Shown in pieces: positions 30,019 to 39,428 of a stretch of 64,000 bases of DNA. The number at the start of each line of letters is the position of its first letter. Positions within the stretch are counted from its first letter, which is position 1. This DNA is from an uncultured Chloroflexia bacterium (GTDB lineage: Bacteria; Chloroflexota; Limnocylindria; Limnocylindrales; CSP1-4): assembly GCA_963741915.1 (NCBI GenBank), contig CAVUJW010000013.1, positions 432,245-496,244 on the forward strand. Direction: 5' to 3'. Under the pieces are notes generated by a model. That model was not told the DNA's origin. It did not search any database and saw nothing but the letters and a program-made list of their open reading frames with translations. Both the position numbers and the translations under genes were made by a program.

Positions 30019-31101
30019 ATGACAGGGTTCGATGCCAGGGGAGCCACCCGGGCCGAGCTCGCCCGACGCCTGGGCCGGCTGGAGCAGCTGGCGGGGATCC
30101 GGCTGGTCACGCTGGGCGACGAGCGCGAGCGGGGCGTGCGGGTGCTCGAGGTCCGCACCGGCGCGCTGTCGTTCGACATCCTGGTCGACCGGGCGTTCGA
30201 CATCGGTCGCTGCGACGTGCGCGGCATCCCGGTCGCCTGGGTGGGCCCGTCCGGGGTCATCGGTCCCTGGTTCGCCGAGCAGACCGACTGGGGCTGGCTG
30301 CGAAGCTTCGGCGGGGGCCTGATGGCGACCTGCGGCCTCGACCATGCCCAGGGTCCGGGCGAGGACCGGCTTCCCCACGCCTATGCGGCCGAGCTGGACA
30401 CGGAGCAGTACACGCTCCACGGTCGGGCCGGCACGATCCCGGCCCGGCTCGCCGGCTACGGCACGCGGTGGGAGGGCGAGCGCTGCACGTTCTGGGCCGA
30501 GGGCGAGGTTCGCCAGGCCGCGTTTTACGGCGAGCGCCTGGTCCTGCGGCGCCGGATCGAGGCCGATCTCGGGGGGACGGCCATCCGCGTCCGGGACGAG
30601 GTCGAGAACGTCGGGCTCGTGCCCTGGACCCACATGCTCCTGTACCACTGCAACGTCGGCTGGCCGATCGTGGAGGAGGGCAGCCGGCTCCTCGTGCCGA
30701 CCCACGCCGTGCGCGAGATCCACGACGACCCCCCGGGGAGCTACCGCGAGATCGGGGCACCCCAGCCGGCCGGGGTGGAGCGGGTCTACGAGCAGGAGGT
30801 CGACGCCGACGCTGACGGCCGGGTCGCGGTCGCGGTCGTCAACGAGGCCCGCCGCCTGGCCTTCGTGCAACGGTTCCGGGCGGACCAGCTCCCGATCCAC
30901 AACCTGTGGCGGATGCTGGCCGAGGGGTTCTACGCGCTCGGGCTCGAGCCCGCGACGAACCGGGATTCCGGCCGCTGGGAGGCGCGCAGGCTGGGCGAGC
31001 TGCGAACGCTGGCGCCCGGCGAGACCCGCCCCTACGAGCTCGACCTCGAGGTGGTCGAGGGCGAGGCCGCGCTCGCGCTGCTGGCGAGCGACGCCGACTA
31101 G
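30019..31101 (+). CDS. DUF4432 / aldose-1-epimerase-like protein
   Basis: LVDRAFDIG, GGLMATCGLDH, LHGR, HMLLYHCNVG and ALGLEPAT motifs. Confidence 0.8.
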   Translation: MTGFDARGATRAELARRLGRLEQLAGIRLVTLGDERERGVRVLEVRTGALSFDILVDRAFDIGRCDVRGIPVAWVGPSGVIGPWFAEQTDWGWLRSFGGGLMATCGLDHAQGPGEDRLPHAYAAELDTEQYTLHGRAGTIPARLAGYGTRWEGERCTFWAEGEVRQAAFYGERLVLRRRIEADLGGTAIRVRDEVENVGLVPWTHMLLYHCNVGWPIVEEGSRLLVPTHAVREIHDDPPGSYREIGAPQPAGVERVYEQEVDADADGRVAVAVVNEARRLAFVQRFRADQLPIHNLWRMLAEGFYALGLEPATNRDSGRWEARRLGELRTLAPGETRPYELDLEVVEGEAALALLASDAD

Positions 31102-31164
31102 CTACCCAGTCCGGCGGCGGCCCCGGTCGCCGGTGCGAGCATCCCCGGGGCGGAGGTTCGAGCG

Positions 31165-32181
31165 ATGAAGCAGGCCGTCACTGCCGCCGTCCGGCGGGTC
31201 GAGATCAGCGAGGCGCCCGAGCCGCCGGCGCCGAAGGAAGGCGAGGCGCTGCTCGACATCGCCGCGGTCGGCATCTGCGGGTCGGACATCGGCATGTGGA
31301 CCGGCACCGATCCGTACGCGGTGTTCCCGATCCGGCAGGGCCATGAGTTCTCGGCCCGCATCGCGAGCTTCGGGCCGGGCTACGGCGGCGAGCTCCGGGT
31401 GGGCCAGCTGGTCGCGGTCGAACCTCTGCTTCCGGACCACACCTGCATCGCGTGCCGCCGGGGCCACCCCAACTGCTGCCGCAACCTGCGTGTGTTCGGG
31501 GCCCACCTCGACGGCGCGTTCACCGAGCTGCTGGTCGTGCCCGCGGGCAACCTGTACGACGCGTTCGACCTGACCGCGGAGCTCGCGGCCTTCGTGGAGC
31601 CCATCTCGATCGGGCTCCAGATGGTGACCCGCAGCGGCATCGCGGCCGCCGATCGGGCCGTCATCTTCGGCGCCGGGCCCATCGGGCAGGCCGTCCAGGT
31701 CGCCGCGGCGGATCGCGGTGCCCGCCTGCTCTCGGTGGACGTGGTTCCCGGCCGGCTCGAGCGAGCCCTCGCCAACGCGGCGGAGGTCGCGGTCAACGGC
31801 CGGGACGAGGACGTCGCGGCGCGGATCCTGGCCTGGACGGACGGGGAGGGACCGGCCGTGGTGTTCGAGGCCACCGGTGTGGGCGCGGTGTTCCGCACCG
31901 CGATCGACGTCGTGGCCGCCTCGGGCACCGTGGTCGTCGCGGGCACCTCCAACGACGACGTCGCGATCCCGTCCCTGACCCTCGTGAAGAAGGAGATCAA
32001 CCTCCTCGGCTCGCGCAACAACGCCGGGCTCTACGGGCAGGCGGTCGACCTCGTCCGGCGGAACCGGGAGCGGTGCGAGGCGCTCATCACCCAGCGCTGG
32101 TCGCTCGACCAGCTCCAGGAGGCCATGGAGTTCGGGGACGCCAACCCGGCACTGGCCAACAAGATGGTCGTGGTGCTCTAG
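31165..32181 (+). CDS. Zn-dependent (MDR) sugar-alcohol/sugar-acid dehydrogenase
   Basis: GICGSD, GHE, CIACRRGHPNCC, GAGPIG and GSRN motifs. Confidence 0.88.
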   Translation: MKQAVTAAVRRVEISEAPEPPAPKEGEALLDIAAVGICGSDIGMWTGTDPYAVFPIRQGHEFSARIASFGPGYGGELRVGQLVAVEPLLPDHTCIACRRGHPNCCRNLRVFGAHLDGAFTELLVVPAGNLYDAFDLTAELAAFVEPISIGLQMVTRSGIAAADRAVIFGAGPIGQAVQVAAADRGARLLSVDVVPGRLERALANAAEVAVNGRDEDVAARILAWTDGEGPAVVFEATGVGAVFRTAIDVVAASGTVVVAGTSNDDVAIPSLTLVKKEINLLGSRNNAGLYGQAVDLVRRNRERCEALITQRWSLDQLQEAMEFGDANPALANKMVVVL

Positions 32182-32326
32182 CTCCCTCACCGGCGACCCT
32201 CAAGCTCGGGCGCCGCCCGGCGCCTGGGCCGCACGGCGCGGCGCCGCTTGGCCGCGGGGTCGCACGGCTCGGTGTCCAACGCCGCCCGGCGGTCCCACGC
32301 TGCCCGGGGTCGCGGAACGGCTGCCG

Positions 32327-33244
32327 CTACTTCAGCGCGCCTGCAGCGATCGCCCGCACCAGGTAGCGCTGGAAGATCAGGTAGACCGCGACCATCGGGA
32401 TCGACGAGATGAGGAGCCCTGCCATCAGGGCCGGGTAGTTGAAGAAGAACCGTCCCTGGAGTTGCAGGAGGCCGGGCGTCAGCGTCTTGACCGAATCGGG
32501 CTGCAGGAGCAGCAGCGCAAACACGAACTCGTTCCACACGTAAAGCACGTTGAAGATCACGATGGTCACGATGGCCGGGATCGAGAGCGGCGCCATGATC
32601 CTGAAGAAGATCCCGTGGATGCTCGCGCCGTCCACTCGGGCCGCCTCGAGGAGCTCGTCCGGCACCGCGCGGAAGAAGGCGGTCATCAAGTAGGCGTTGA
32701 ACGGCAAATTGATCGCCGAGTAGAGCAGCACCACCGACCAGTACGTGTTGATGAGCTTCAGGTTCACCATCTCGACGTAGATGGGCACCATCAGCAGCAG
32801 CGGGGGCACGGCCATCCAGGCGAGCAGGAAGAGGAACGTCAGCGTTCCGCCGCGCCAGTGCAGCTTCGCGAAGGAATACCCGGCGGTCGTGGCCAACGCC
32901 ACCGACACCAGGATGGTGGCGACGGTGACGATCACCGAGTTGATCACGTAGCCGCCGTTGTTGGACGCCGCCCACGCCGTCGCGAACTGGTCGATGTTCA
33001 AGCTGCCGGGCCACGCGAGCTTGCTCGCGGCCCATTCGTGGGGCGTCTTCAGGGCGTTGACGAGCATGAAGTAGAGTGGGAACAGCGCGGACAGCCCGAG
33101 CAGCGTCATGCCGACCAGGAGCGCACCGCGCCCGGGTACGGCCAGGAAGCGCCGGATGGTGCGTCCCGTGGCAGATCCCGAGGCGCGAGCCCCATCCGTC
33201 GCGAGGCTCGTGCGCGAGCCCCCGGACCCGTCCGCCGTCGTCAT
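32327..33244 (-). CDS. Carbohydrate ABC transporter permease (MalG-like)
   Basis: EAARVDGAS and WNEF motifs; start MTTADG overlaps the upstream stop. Confidence 0.9.
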   Translation of the reverse strand: MTTADGSGGSRTSLATDGARASGSATGRTIRRFLAVPGRGALLVGMTLLGLSALFPLYFMLVNALKTPHEWAASKLAWPGSLNIDQFATAWAASNNGGYVINSVIVTVATILVSVALATTAGYSFAKLHWRGGTLTFLFLLAWMAVPPLLLMVPIYVEMVNLKLINTYWSVVLLYSAINLPFNAYLMTAFFRAVPDELLEAARVDGASIHGIFFRIMAPLSIPAIVTIVIFNVLYVWNEFVFALLLLQPDSVKTLTPGLLQLQGRFFFNYPALMAGLLISSIPMVAVYLIFQRYLVRAIAAGALK

Positions 33245-34140
33245 CGGCGACCCCCGGTCAGCGCGCGAATGTAGAAGTAGCCCAGGACCGAGATGATCAG
33301 GGTCAGACCGAATCCCATCGCGCTCGCGTATCCCATCCGCTGGAACGTGAACGCGTTGTTGTAGATCAGGAACTCCGTCACGTACGTCGAGAAGCCGGGG
33401 CCGCCGTTCGTGATCGTGTAGATGTAGGTGAACATGTACGCGAATGCGGTGATCGTGTTGGTCACGAGCACGATCTCCATCACGCGTCGGAGGTCGGGCA
33501 CGTAGACGTGGAACAGGATGTTCCATTGTCCCGCGCCATCCATCCGTGCTGCATCAGGCAGGTCGGGGTCGATCGCGCTCATGCCAGCCAGGTACATCAC
33601 GACGTTGTAGCCGAAGTTGGCCCACACGACCACGAGCAGGATCGCGGGGATCGAGGTCGTCGTCGAAAGCAGCCAGTCCAGCTGGAGGCCGGTGAGGCCA
33701 AGCGCCCCGAGGGCCTCGTTCAGCGGGCCCTCGATGTTGAGCACGATCTTCGCCAGCAGGCCGACGACAACGGTCGAGTACACCGCCGGCAGGAAGTAGG
33801 TCCAGCGGTAGAAGCGCCAGCCCCGAACGTGCTCGTGGATCAGGAACGCGAGCACCAGCGGGATGACCAGCTGGATGGGAACCGAGACCGCGAACAGGAA
33901 GTTGTTGCGAAGGGCGAGGAAGAACTGCGGGTCGGAGAGCAGCGAGCGGAAGTTGTCGAGGCCGACCCAGACGGGCTCGGTATAGCCGTTCCACTTCGTG
34001 AACGCGTGATAGGCGATGCTGACCGCCGGGTAGCCGATGAACACCAGCACGACCAGGACCGCGGGCAGGGCATAGAGGGGCCCCCACCAAGCCTCGGCTC
34101 GGCGGAGGCCCCGATGCGGAGCTCTTCCAGCAGGCGCCAC
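33241..34140 (-). CDS. Carbohydrate ABC transporter permease (MalF-like)
   Basis: VGLDNF, DAARMDGAG, TNGGPG and GYASA motifs. Confidence 0.9.
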   Translation of the reverse strand: MAPAGRAPHRGLRRAEAWWGPLYALPAVLVVLVFIGYPAVSIAYHAFTKWNGYTEPVWVGLDNFRSLLSDPQFFLALRNNFLFAVSVPIQLVIPLVLAFLIHEHVRGWRFYRWTYFLPAVYSTVVVGLLAKIVLNIEGPLNEALGALGLTGLQLDWLLSTTTSIPAILLVVVWANFGYNVVMYLAGMSAIDPDLPDAARMDGAGQWNILFHVYVPDLRRVMEIVLVTNTITAFAYMFTYIYTITNGGPGFSTYVTEFLIYNNAFTFQRMGYASAMGFGLTLIISVLGYFYIRALTGGRR

Positions 34141-34143
34141 CGG

Positions 34144-35553
34144 CTACGGCTTCCCGCCCTGCTGGTCCACGTACTGCTGCACCGCCTCCATCACCTGTTC
34201 GGCCGTCTCCTGGCCCGCAAATCCGAGCTGGAGATGCTTGTACAGGAACAGCGCGGTGGCTTGTGACATGACGATGTCCATCTCCGGCAGCGTCGCGGTC
34301 TTGATCAGGTTGAACGCGGCCTGAACGTGCGGGTCATCGATCCCCGCCTGCGCCGCGACGTTACACGGAGGCGAGCCGAGGTCGTCGATCATGGACGCGC
34401 CGGCCGCCTGATCGGAGAACGTCTTGATCAGCTCCCACGCGAGCTGTGGGTTCTTGGCGGCAGCCGGGACGACCCAGTCGTCGCCCGACGACCCGATGAC
34501 GCCGGAGTTCAGCGGCCCGTTTCCCGAGCGCGGGAGCTTGGCCACCTGGACCTTGTCATAGATCGGCTTGAAGTAGGGAAGGAACTGGGGCTGACCCTCG
34601 AACATGGCCCCCTTCTCGGAGGTGAACAGGTCAGCGGAGTGGAGCTGCTCGAGCGTCGAGGCGTCCTTGTTCACGCAATTGTGGTCGCGCATCGCGAGGA
34701 TCGGCTTCAGGGCATCGACCCACTTCGGATCGGTGAACTTGAGCTGACCCTGTTCGAACTTCTGGACGTCGCCGGGCTCCCAGTACGAGATGATGTTGTC
34801 GACCAGCAGGTTGACCGTCGTGTAGCCATCCTGGTCGCCGTAGACGAACGGCACGATCCCCTTGCCGTCGAGCAGGGCGCAGTCCTGGTAGAGCTCGTCG
34901 TACGTGGCTGGCGGCCCGGAGATGCCGGCCTGCGTCAGGAGATCCTGGTTGTAGTACAGCAGGAAGGAGTAGGCATCGCTGGGCACGCCGTAGATCTTGC
35001 CCTGTCCGTTCTGGCAGTCGTAGTCCTGGCAGGAGAGATCCCACAGCGACATCGAGTCGTAGAAGCCCGGTGTGGCGTTCACGAAGTCATTGAGCGGCAT
35101 CAGGCCCGACTGGTACGCGAGCGTGTAGGAGCCCGAGTACAGCATCATCACGTCGGGGACGTTGCCCGCCGCGAACGCGGCCTGTACCTGCGCTGCAAGC
35201 TGATCGTTGTTGGGGGGCAGCAGCGAGATGTTCACGTCCGAGCCCGGGTTCGCCTGCTTGAACCGGGCGATCTGCTCATCGACCCACTTCCGGGCATCCG
35301 AGCCGGGGGTCGCCGTTGTCAGGATCCCGCCCAGCCACAGCTCGAGCGTGGCCGGCGCCGGCGTCGCGGGCGAGGGTGACTCCGCCGCCGTGCTGGCGGG
35401 GGCCTGGGACGTGGCCGGTGGTGCTGAAGCCGGCGGGGTCGAGGGTGCCGGCGTTGCCGCACTCCCACAGCTCGCCAGGACGGTGGCCAGGGCCACCAGC
35501 ACGCTGGCATGGCGTCGGAGCGTCCTGGGACGCCCCACATCTCCGTGAGCCAA
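34144..35553 (-). CDS. Carbohydrate ABC substrate-binding lipoprotein (paralogue 1)
   Basis: TTG start after GGAGGAGG; LASC lipobox, Pro/Ala linker, VPDVM, YGVP and YYNQDLL motifs. Confidence 0.85.
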   Translation of the reverse strand: MAHGDVGRPRTLRRHASVLVALATVLASCGSAATPAPSTPPASAPPATSQAPASTAAESPSPATPAPATLELWLGGILTTATPGSDARKWVDEQIARFKQANPGSDVNISLLPPNNDQLAAQVQAAFAAGNVPDVMMLYSGSYTLAYQSGLMPLNDFVNATPGFYDSMSLWDLSCQDYDCQNGQGKIYGVPSDAYSFLLYYNQDLLTQAGISGPPATYDELYQDCALLDGKGIVPFVYGDQDGYTTVNLLVDNIISYWEPGDVQKFEQGQLKFTDPKWVDALKPILAMRDHNCVNKDASTLEQLHSADLFTSEKGAMFEGQPQFLPYFKPIYDKVQVAKLPRSGNGPLNSGVIGSSGDDWVVPAAAKNPQLAWELIKTFSDQAAGASMIDDLGSPPCNVAAQAGIDDPHVQAAFNLIKTATLPEMDIVMSQATALFLYKHLQLGFAGQETAEQVMEAVQQYVDQQGGKP

Positions 35554-35778
35554 GTTGGCACCTCCTCCAACGTTGTCCCGGGTGACGGCTACGGTTGCCG
35601 CACCCGATCGGTCCACCCCGGTCCGGGGCCTCGAGCGGCGCGATGCGCCCAAGTGGGGAACTCGGGAATCGGGCCGGCGCACAGCAGCGCACCGTGCGGT
35701 TGAACCGCTGCGCTGATGCAGGCCGCCGAGTCCATCCACCTCCTTCCGGGACGCGTGCCAGGCTCGGTCCGGACATGT

Positions 35779-35823
35779 GGTCGACCGGTCTACCACTCTA
35801 GGCAGTCGGCTGATCCATGTCAA
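35779..35823 (-). promoter_or_regulatory. Sigma70-type promoter with motif-A operator over the start site
   Basis: Minus strand TTGACA (35823-35818), 17 nt, TAGAGT (35800-35795); GGTCGACC-GGTCTACC at 35779-35794. Confidence 0.72.
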
Positions 35824-35869
35824 CGCGCAGCGCGCTCACCGGCGCACGGCCCGGCTCGCCGAGATTATC

Positions 35870-35886
35870 GTTCATTATCCATGAAC
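35870..35886. promoter_or_regulatory. Motif-B operator GTTCATTATCCATGAAC
   Basis: Inverted repeat overlapping a TATCGT -10-like box upstream of the SDR gene. Confidence 0.62.
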
Positions 35887-35936
35887 AGCCCCGCGTCGAC
35901 GGGCAGGTTCGCGGCCCGACAGGAGGAATCGGAACG

Positions 35937-36671
35937 ATGCCCAGGAGCTCACTCGATGGGTCCGTCGCGCTGATCACCGGCGGCGGAAGCGGGATCGGTG
36001 CCGCGCTTGCGCGCGATCTCGCGGCGGCCGGCGCCGCCGTGGTCGTCAGTGGCCGGCGATCCGAGCCGCTCGAGGAGCAGGTCGCATCGATCGTCGCCGC
36101 CGGCGGGCGGGCATCCGCGGAGGTCGCCGATGTGCGCGACTTCGACTCGATCCGTCGGGCGGTGGATCACGCGGTGGAGCAGTTCGGGCGGCTCGACGTC
36201 CTCGTTGCCAACGCCGCCATCGCCGACTTCGGGCCCGTGGCGACCGCCGACCCCGGCCTCTGGGAGGACGTGGTCCGGACCAACGTCCTGGGCGTGCTGT
36301 TCGCGGTCCGGGCCGCGATGCCGACGCTCGTCGCCCAGGGATCCGGGCACGTGGTGATCGTCTCGTCGGCATCGGGCCGCGAGACGTATGTCGGCGAGCC
36401 CGCCTACATCGCGACCAAGCATGCGACGGTCGCGTTCGCGGAGAGCCTGCGAAAGGAGGTCGCCGCCAGCGGGATCCGGGTGACCGTCGTCGAGCCCGGG
36501 CTGGTCGAGACGCCGCTGATCCACGTCTACCCGGAGGCGGACGAGCTGGTGCCGGGGGTGACCCCGCTCGAGCCCGAGGACGTGGCGAGGGTCATCCGCT
36601 TCGCGCTCGAGCAGCCACCCAACGTGGACCTGTTCGAGGTCGTGGTCTGGCCGACCAGCCAGGTCCTGTGA
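35937..36671 (+). CDS. SDR family oxidoreductase (YdfG-like / sugar-alcohol dehydrogenase-like)
   Basis: TGGGSGIG, NAA, YIATK and EPGLVET motifs; AGGAGG upstream. Confidence 0.88.
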   Translation: MPRSSLDGSVALITGGGSGIGAALARDLAAAGAAVVVSGRRSEPLEEQVASIVAAGGRASAEVADVRDFDSIRRAVDHAVEQFGRLDVLVANAAIADFGPVATADPGLWEDVVRTNVLGVLFAVRAAMPTLVAQGSGHVVIVSSASGRETYVGEPAYIATKHATVAFAESLRKEVAASGIRVTVVEPGLVETPLIHVYPEADELVPGVTPLEPEDVARVIRFALEQPPNVDLFEVVVWPTSQVL

Positions 36672-36725
36672 GCGGAGCGCGGCTGGTTCCGCCACGACCC
36701 GCGCTGGTTCCGCGACCCACCGGCG

Positions 36726-36778
36726 TTGACATGGTGCACCCGGGGGCATAGAGTCGTGATCGTTCACATAGTGTGAAC
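36726..36778 (+). promoter_or_regulatory. Sigma70-type promoter and motif-B operator
   Basis: TTGACA (36726-36731), 17 nt, TAGAGT (36749-36754); GTTCACATAGTGTGAAC at 36762-36778. Confidence 0.75.
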
Positions 36779-36828
36779 AAGTGGTTTCGACACGATGCGG
36801 CGGCGTTCCCGCGCTCGAGGAGGCTTGG

Positions 36829-38250
36829 ATGCTTGGGTTCGACGTCCACGGCACCCGCAGCAGGAGGGCCGCCATCCTCGCGGCCGGCCTGGCGCTGGTG
36901 ATCGCTTCGTGCTCGGGTTCGACGGCCTCGCCGTCCGCGAGCTCGCAGGCACCTTCCGCCCCGCCCTCGACGGCGGCGCCGGGCGGGTCCGCTGCGGCCA
37001 GCCCCTCGGGCAGCGGCGCTGCAGGCGCGTCGATGCTGGCACCGGCGACGCTCGAGGTGTGGCTCGGCGGCGTGCTCACCACGTCCACGCCGGGGTCGAC
37101 CTACCGGCACTGGGTCGATGCCCAGATCGACCGGTTCAAGGCGGCCGTGCCCGGCTCGGATGTGCACATCACCCTGCTGCCGGCCGACAACGATCAGCTC
37201 GCAGCGCAGGTCCAGGCGGCGTTCGCGTCCCACACGGTGCCCGACGTGATCATGCTCTACTCGGGGAGCTACACCACGGCGTACCAGTCGGCGCTGCTGC
37301 CCCTCAACACCTACATCGACGCAACCCCCGGCTTCTACGACCAGTTCTCGGGCTGGGACGCATCCTGCGTGGATCTCGACTGCAAGGGCGGCCAGGGGAC
37401 CATCCTGGCGGTGCCCATGGACGTCCTGGCGTTCGTGATGTGGTACAACAAGTCGCTCTTCGGCCAGGCTGGGGTGAGCTCGCCGCCGACCACGTATGAG
37501 CATCTCTACGGCGTGTGCGACGCGCTGAACGCCAAGGGCATCACCCCGATGACGTACGGCGACCGCGACGGGTACACGACCGACAACCTTGTGCTGATGA
37601 ACCTGGTCTCGTACTTCGAGCCGGGCGATGTCCAGAAGTTCATCGCGGGCCAGCTGCCGTTCACCGACCCCAAGTGGGTCGAGCCGCTCAAGGCGGTCGT
37701 GGAGCTCCACGCACGCCACTGTGCCGAGAAGGACGCCTCGACCCGCGAGCAGCTCGACGCCAACAACGACTTCATCACCTCGAAGCAGGCGATCGAGGAG
37801 GCCGGGCCGTGGTTCCTGCCCAGCCAGGAGCAGGGCCTGGGCGACGCGCTCGGGGTCGCCAAGCTTCCCGTCTCGGGCAACGGCCCGTGGAAGGACAAGA
37901 CGGCCTCGAACTCGGGCGAGGACTGGGCGATCCCGAAGGATGCCGCCCACCCGGACCTGGCGTGGGAGTTCATCAAGACTGTCACCGACGCCACGGCCAG
38001 CGCGCAGTACGCGAAGGACGTCGGGTACCCGCCGGCGAACATCGCCGGGGCGGCAACCGTGCAGGACCCGTACATCCAGACGATCGCCGGCTGGACCAAG
38101 GACTCGCCCATGCCGCTCATGGACAACGTGATGTCCCAGGCGACCGCCCTGACCTACTACCGCTACATCCAGCAGGCGTTTGCCGGCGCGATCACGCCCG
38201 AGCAGGCGATGCAGTCGGTCCAGGACTCGCTTCAGGGAGGGACGCCGTAA
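36829..38250 (+). CDS. Carbohydrate ABC substrate-binding lipoprotein (paralogue 2)
   Basis: IASC lipobox; long matching blocks with 34144-35553 such as PATLExWLGG and NDQLAAQVQAAFA. Confidence 0.88.
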   Translation: MLGFDVHGTRSRRAAILAAGLALVIASCSGSTASPSASSQAPSAPPSTAAPGGSAAASPSGSGAAGASMLAPATLEVWLGGVLTTSTPGSTYRHWVDAQIDRFKAAVPGSDVHITLLPADNDQLAAQVQAAFASHTVPDVIMLYSGSYTTAYQSALLPLNTYIDATPGFYDQFSGWDASCVDLDCKGGQGTILAVPMDVLAFVMWYNKSLFGQAGVSSPPTTYEHLYGVCDALNAKGITPMTYGDRDGYTTDNLVLMNLVSYFEPGDVQKFIAGQLPFTDPKWVEPLKAVVELHARHCAEKDASTREQLDANNDFITSKQAIEEAGPWFLPSQEQGLGDALGVAKLPVSGNGPWKDKTASNSGEDWAIPKDAAHPDLAWEFIKTVTDATASAQYAKDVGYPPANIAGAATVQDPYIQTIAGWTKDSPMPLMDNVMSQATALTYYRYIQQAFAGAITPEQAMQSVQDSLQGGTP

Positions 38251-38277
38251 GGGCCATCGCCCCCGGGGGGCGATCCC
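38251..38277. terminator. GC hairpin between convergent genes (possible terminator)
   Basis: ATCGCCCC...GGGGCGAT stem just after the SBP stop; no U-tract. Confidence 0.35.
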
Positions 38278-38279
38278 GG

Positions 38280-39428
38280 CGGCCCGGCGGTCGGGGCGCG
38301 CGGACGCTGACGGCGTCCGCCGCTCGGCTGCCGGTCCCCGGATCTGCGCGACGCGCGCTGCGAACGCCTCGAGCTCCGCCGGGCCGTCGAGGGCGCCGAT
38401 CTCGAGGTCGTAGGAGCGTGCCTCGCCGGGCTCGAGCTCGATCAGGCGGCCTTGCCGGCGGGCCTCCGCCCGCGAGATCGCGGGGTTGGTGCCCGGTTCG
38501 AGGCCCACGGCGTAGGTGCCTTCCCCGGACATCCGCCACACCATGAAGTGGGGGAGCTGGCTGGCGTTGAACACCTGGTACACGCCGATGCCTCGGCGCC
38601 GGTTGATCACCCCGACCGGAACCTGGCCATCGGCCTCGGTCGCGAGCTCGTAGTAGAAGCACGCCTCCTGGGCATCCGCGACGGGCGGCAGGAGCGTCGT
38701 GTGCCCGTCCACCTCCAGCCGGGGTCGCCCGTCGCCGAGGAGAGGGCACCAGCAGCTCGGCGCCCTGCGTCGACCACCGGGAAAGCCGCAGTTGCAGTGG
38801 TACAGGAGCATGTGGCTGGTCCGGCTGAAGCCCACGTTCTCGACGGTGTCATGGATCCGGACGTGCTCTCCCGACCTGCGCCTCGATCCGCCGCCGGAGC
38901 TGGAGCTGCTCGCCGAACACGGCCGCCTGCAGGACGTGCCCTCGGCCCAGAGCGTGCAGGCGTCGTCCGTCCAGGTCTCGCCGTACCCGGCGAGCTGCGC
39001 GGGCAGACCGCCCACCCGGCCGTGGAGGCCGTACCGCACGCTCGTGAACATGTGCGGCTGGTGGAACTGCTCCGCGGTGTCCTCCTCGGCGACCATGGTG
39101 TGGTCGAGGCCGCAGGAGACGACCATCCCGCCGGCCCACGAGCGGAACCAGCCCCAGTCATCGGGCTCGTAGTACCACGGACCGACCGGGCCCGGGGGCG
39201 CAAGCCAGCTCAGGGGCCGTCCCGACAGCTCGCATCGCCCCACGTCGAATGCGCGGTCGACGAGGACCTCGAACGCGAAGCCCGTCCCCGTTCGGAACTC
39301 GAGCACCCGCACCCCGCGCCCGATGCCGTCGCCAGGGTCACCAGGCGCACGCCCGCGACCTGCTCCAGGCGGCCGACGCGCCGAAGCAGGTCGGAGCGGG
39401 CAAATCGATCGCCCCACAGGTCCGGCAT
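38280..39428 (-). CDS. DUF4432 / aldose-1-epimerase-like protein (paralogue 2), several frameshifts, 3' end uncertain
   Basis: MPDLWG...RLEQVAGVRLVTL, LVDRAFDVG, SCGLDH, LHGR, HMLLYHCNCG and GLEPGT are spread across frames. Confidence 0.72.

Noticed and set aside
36677-36716. Short direct repeat GCTGGTTCCGC, 2 copies
   Set aside because: Too short and GC-rich to separate from chance or slippage
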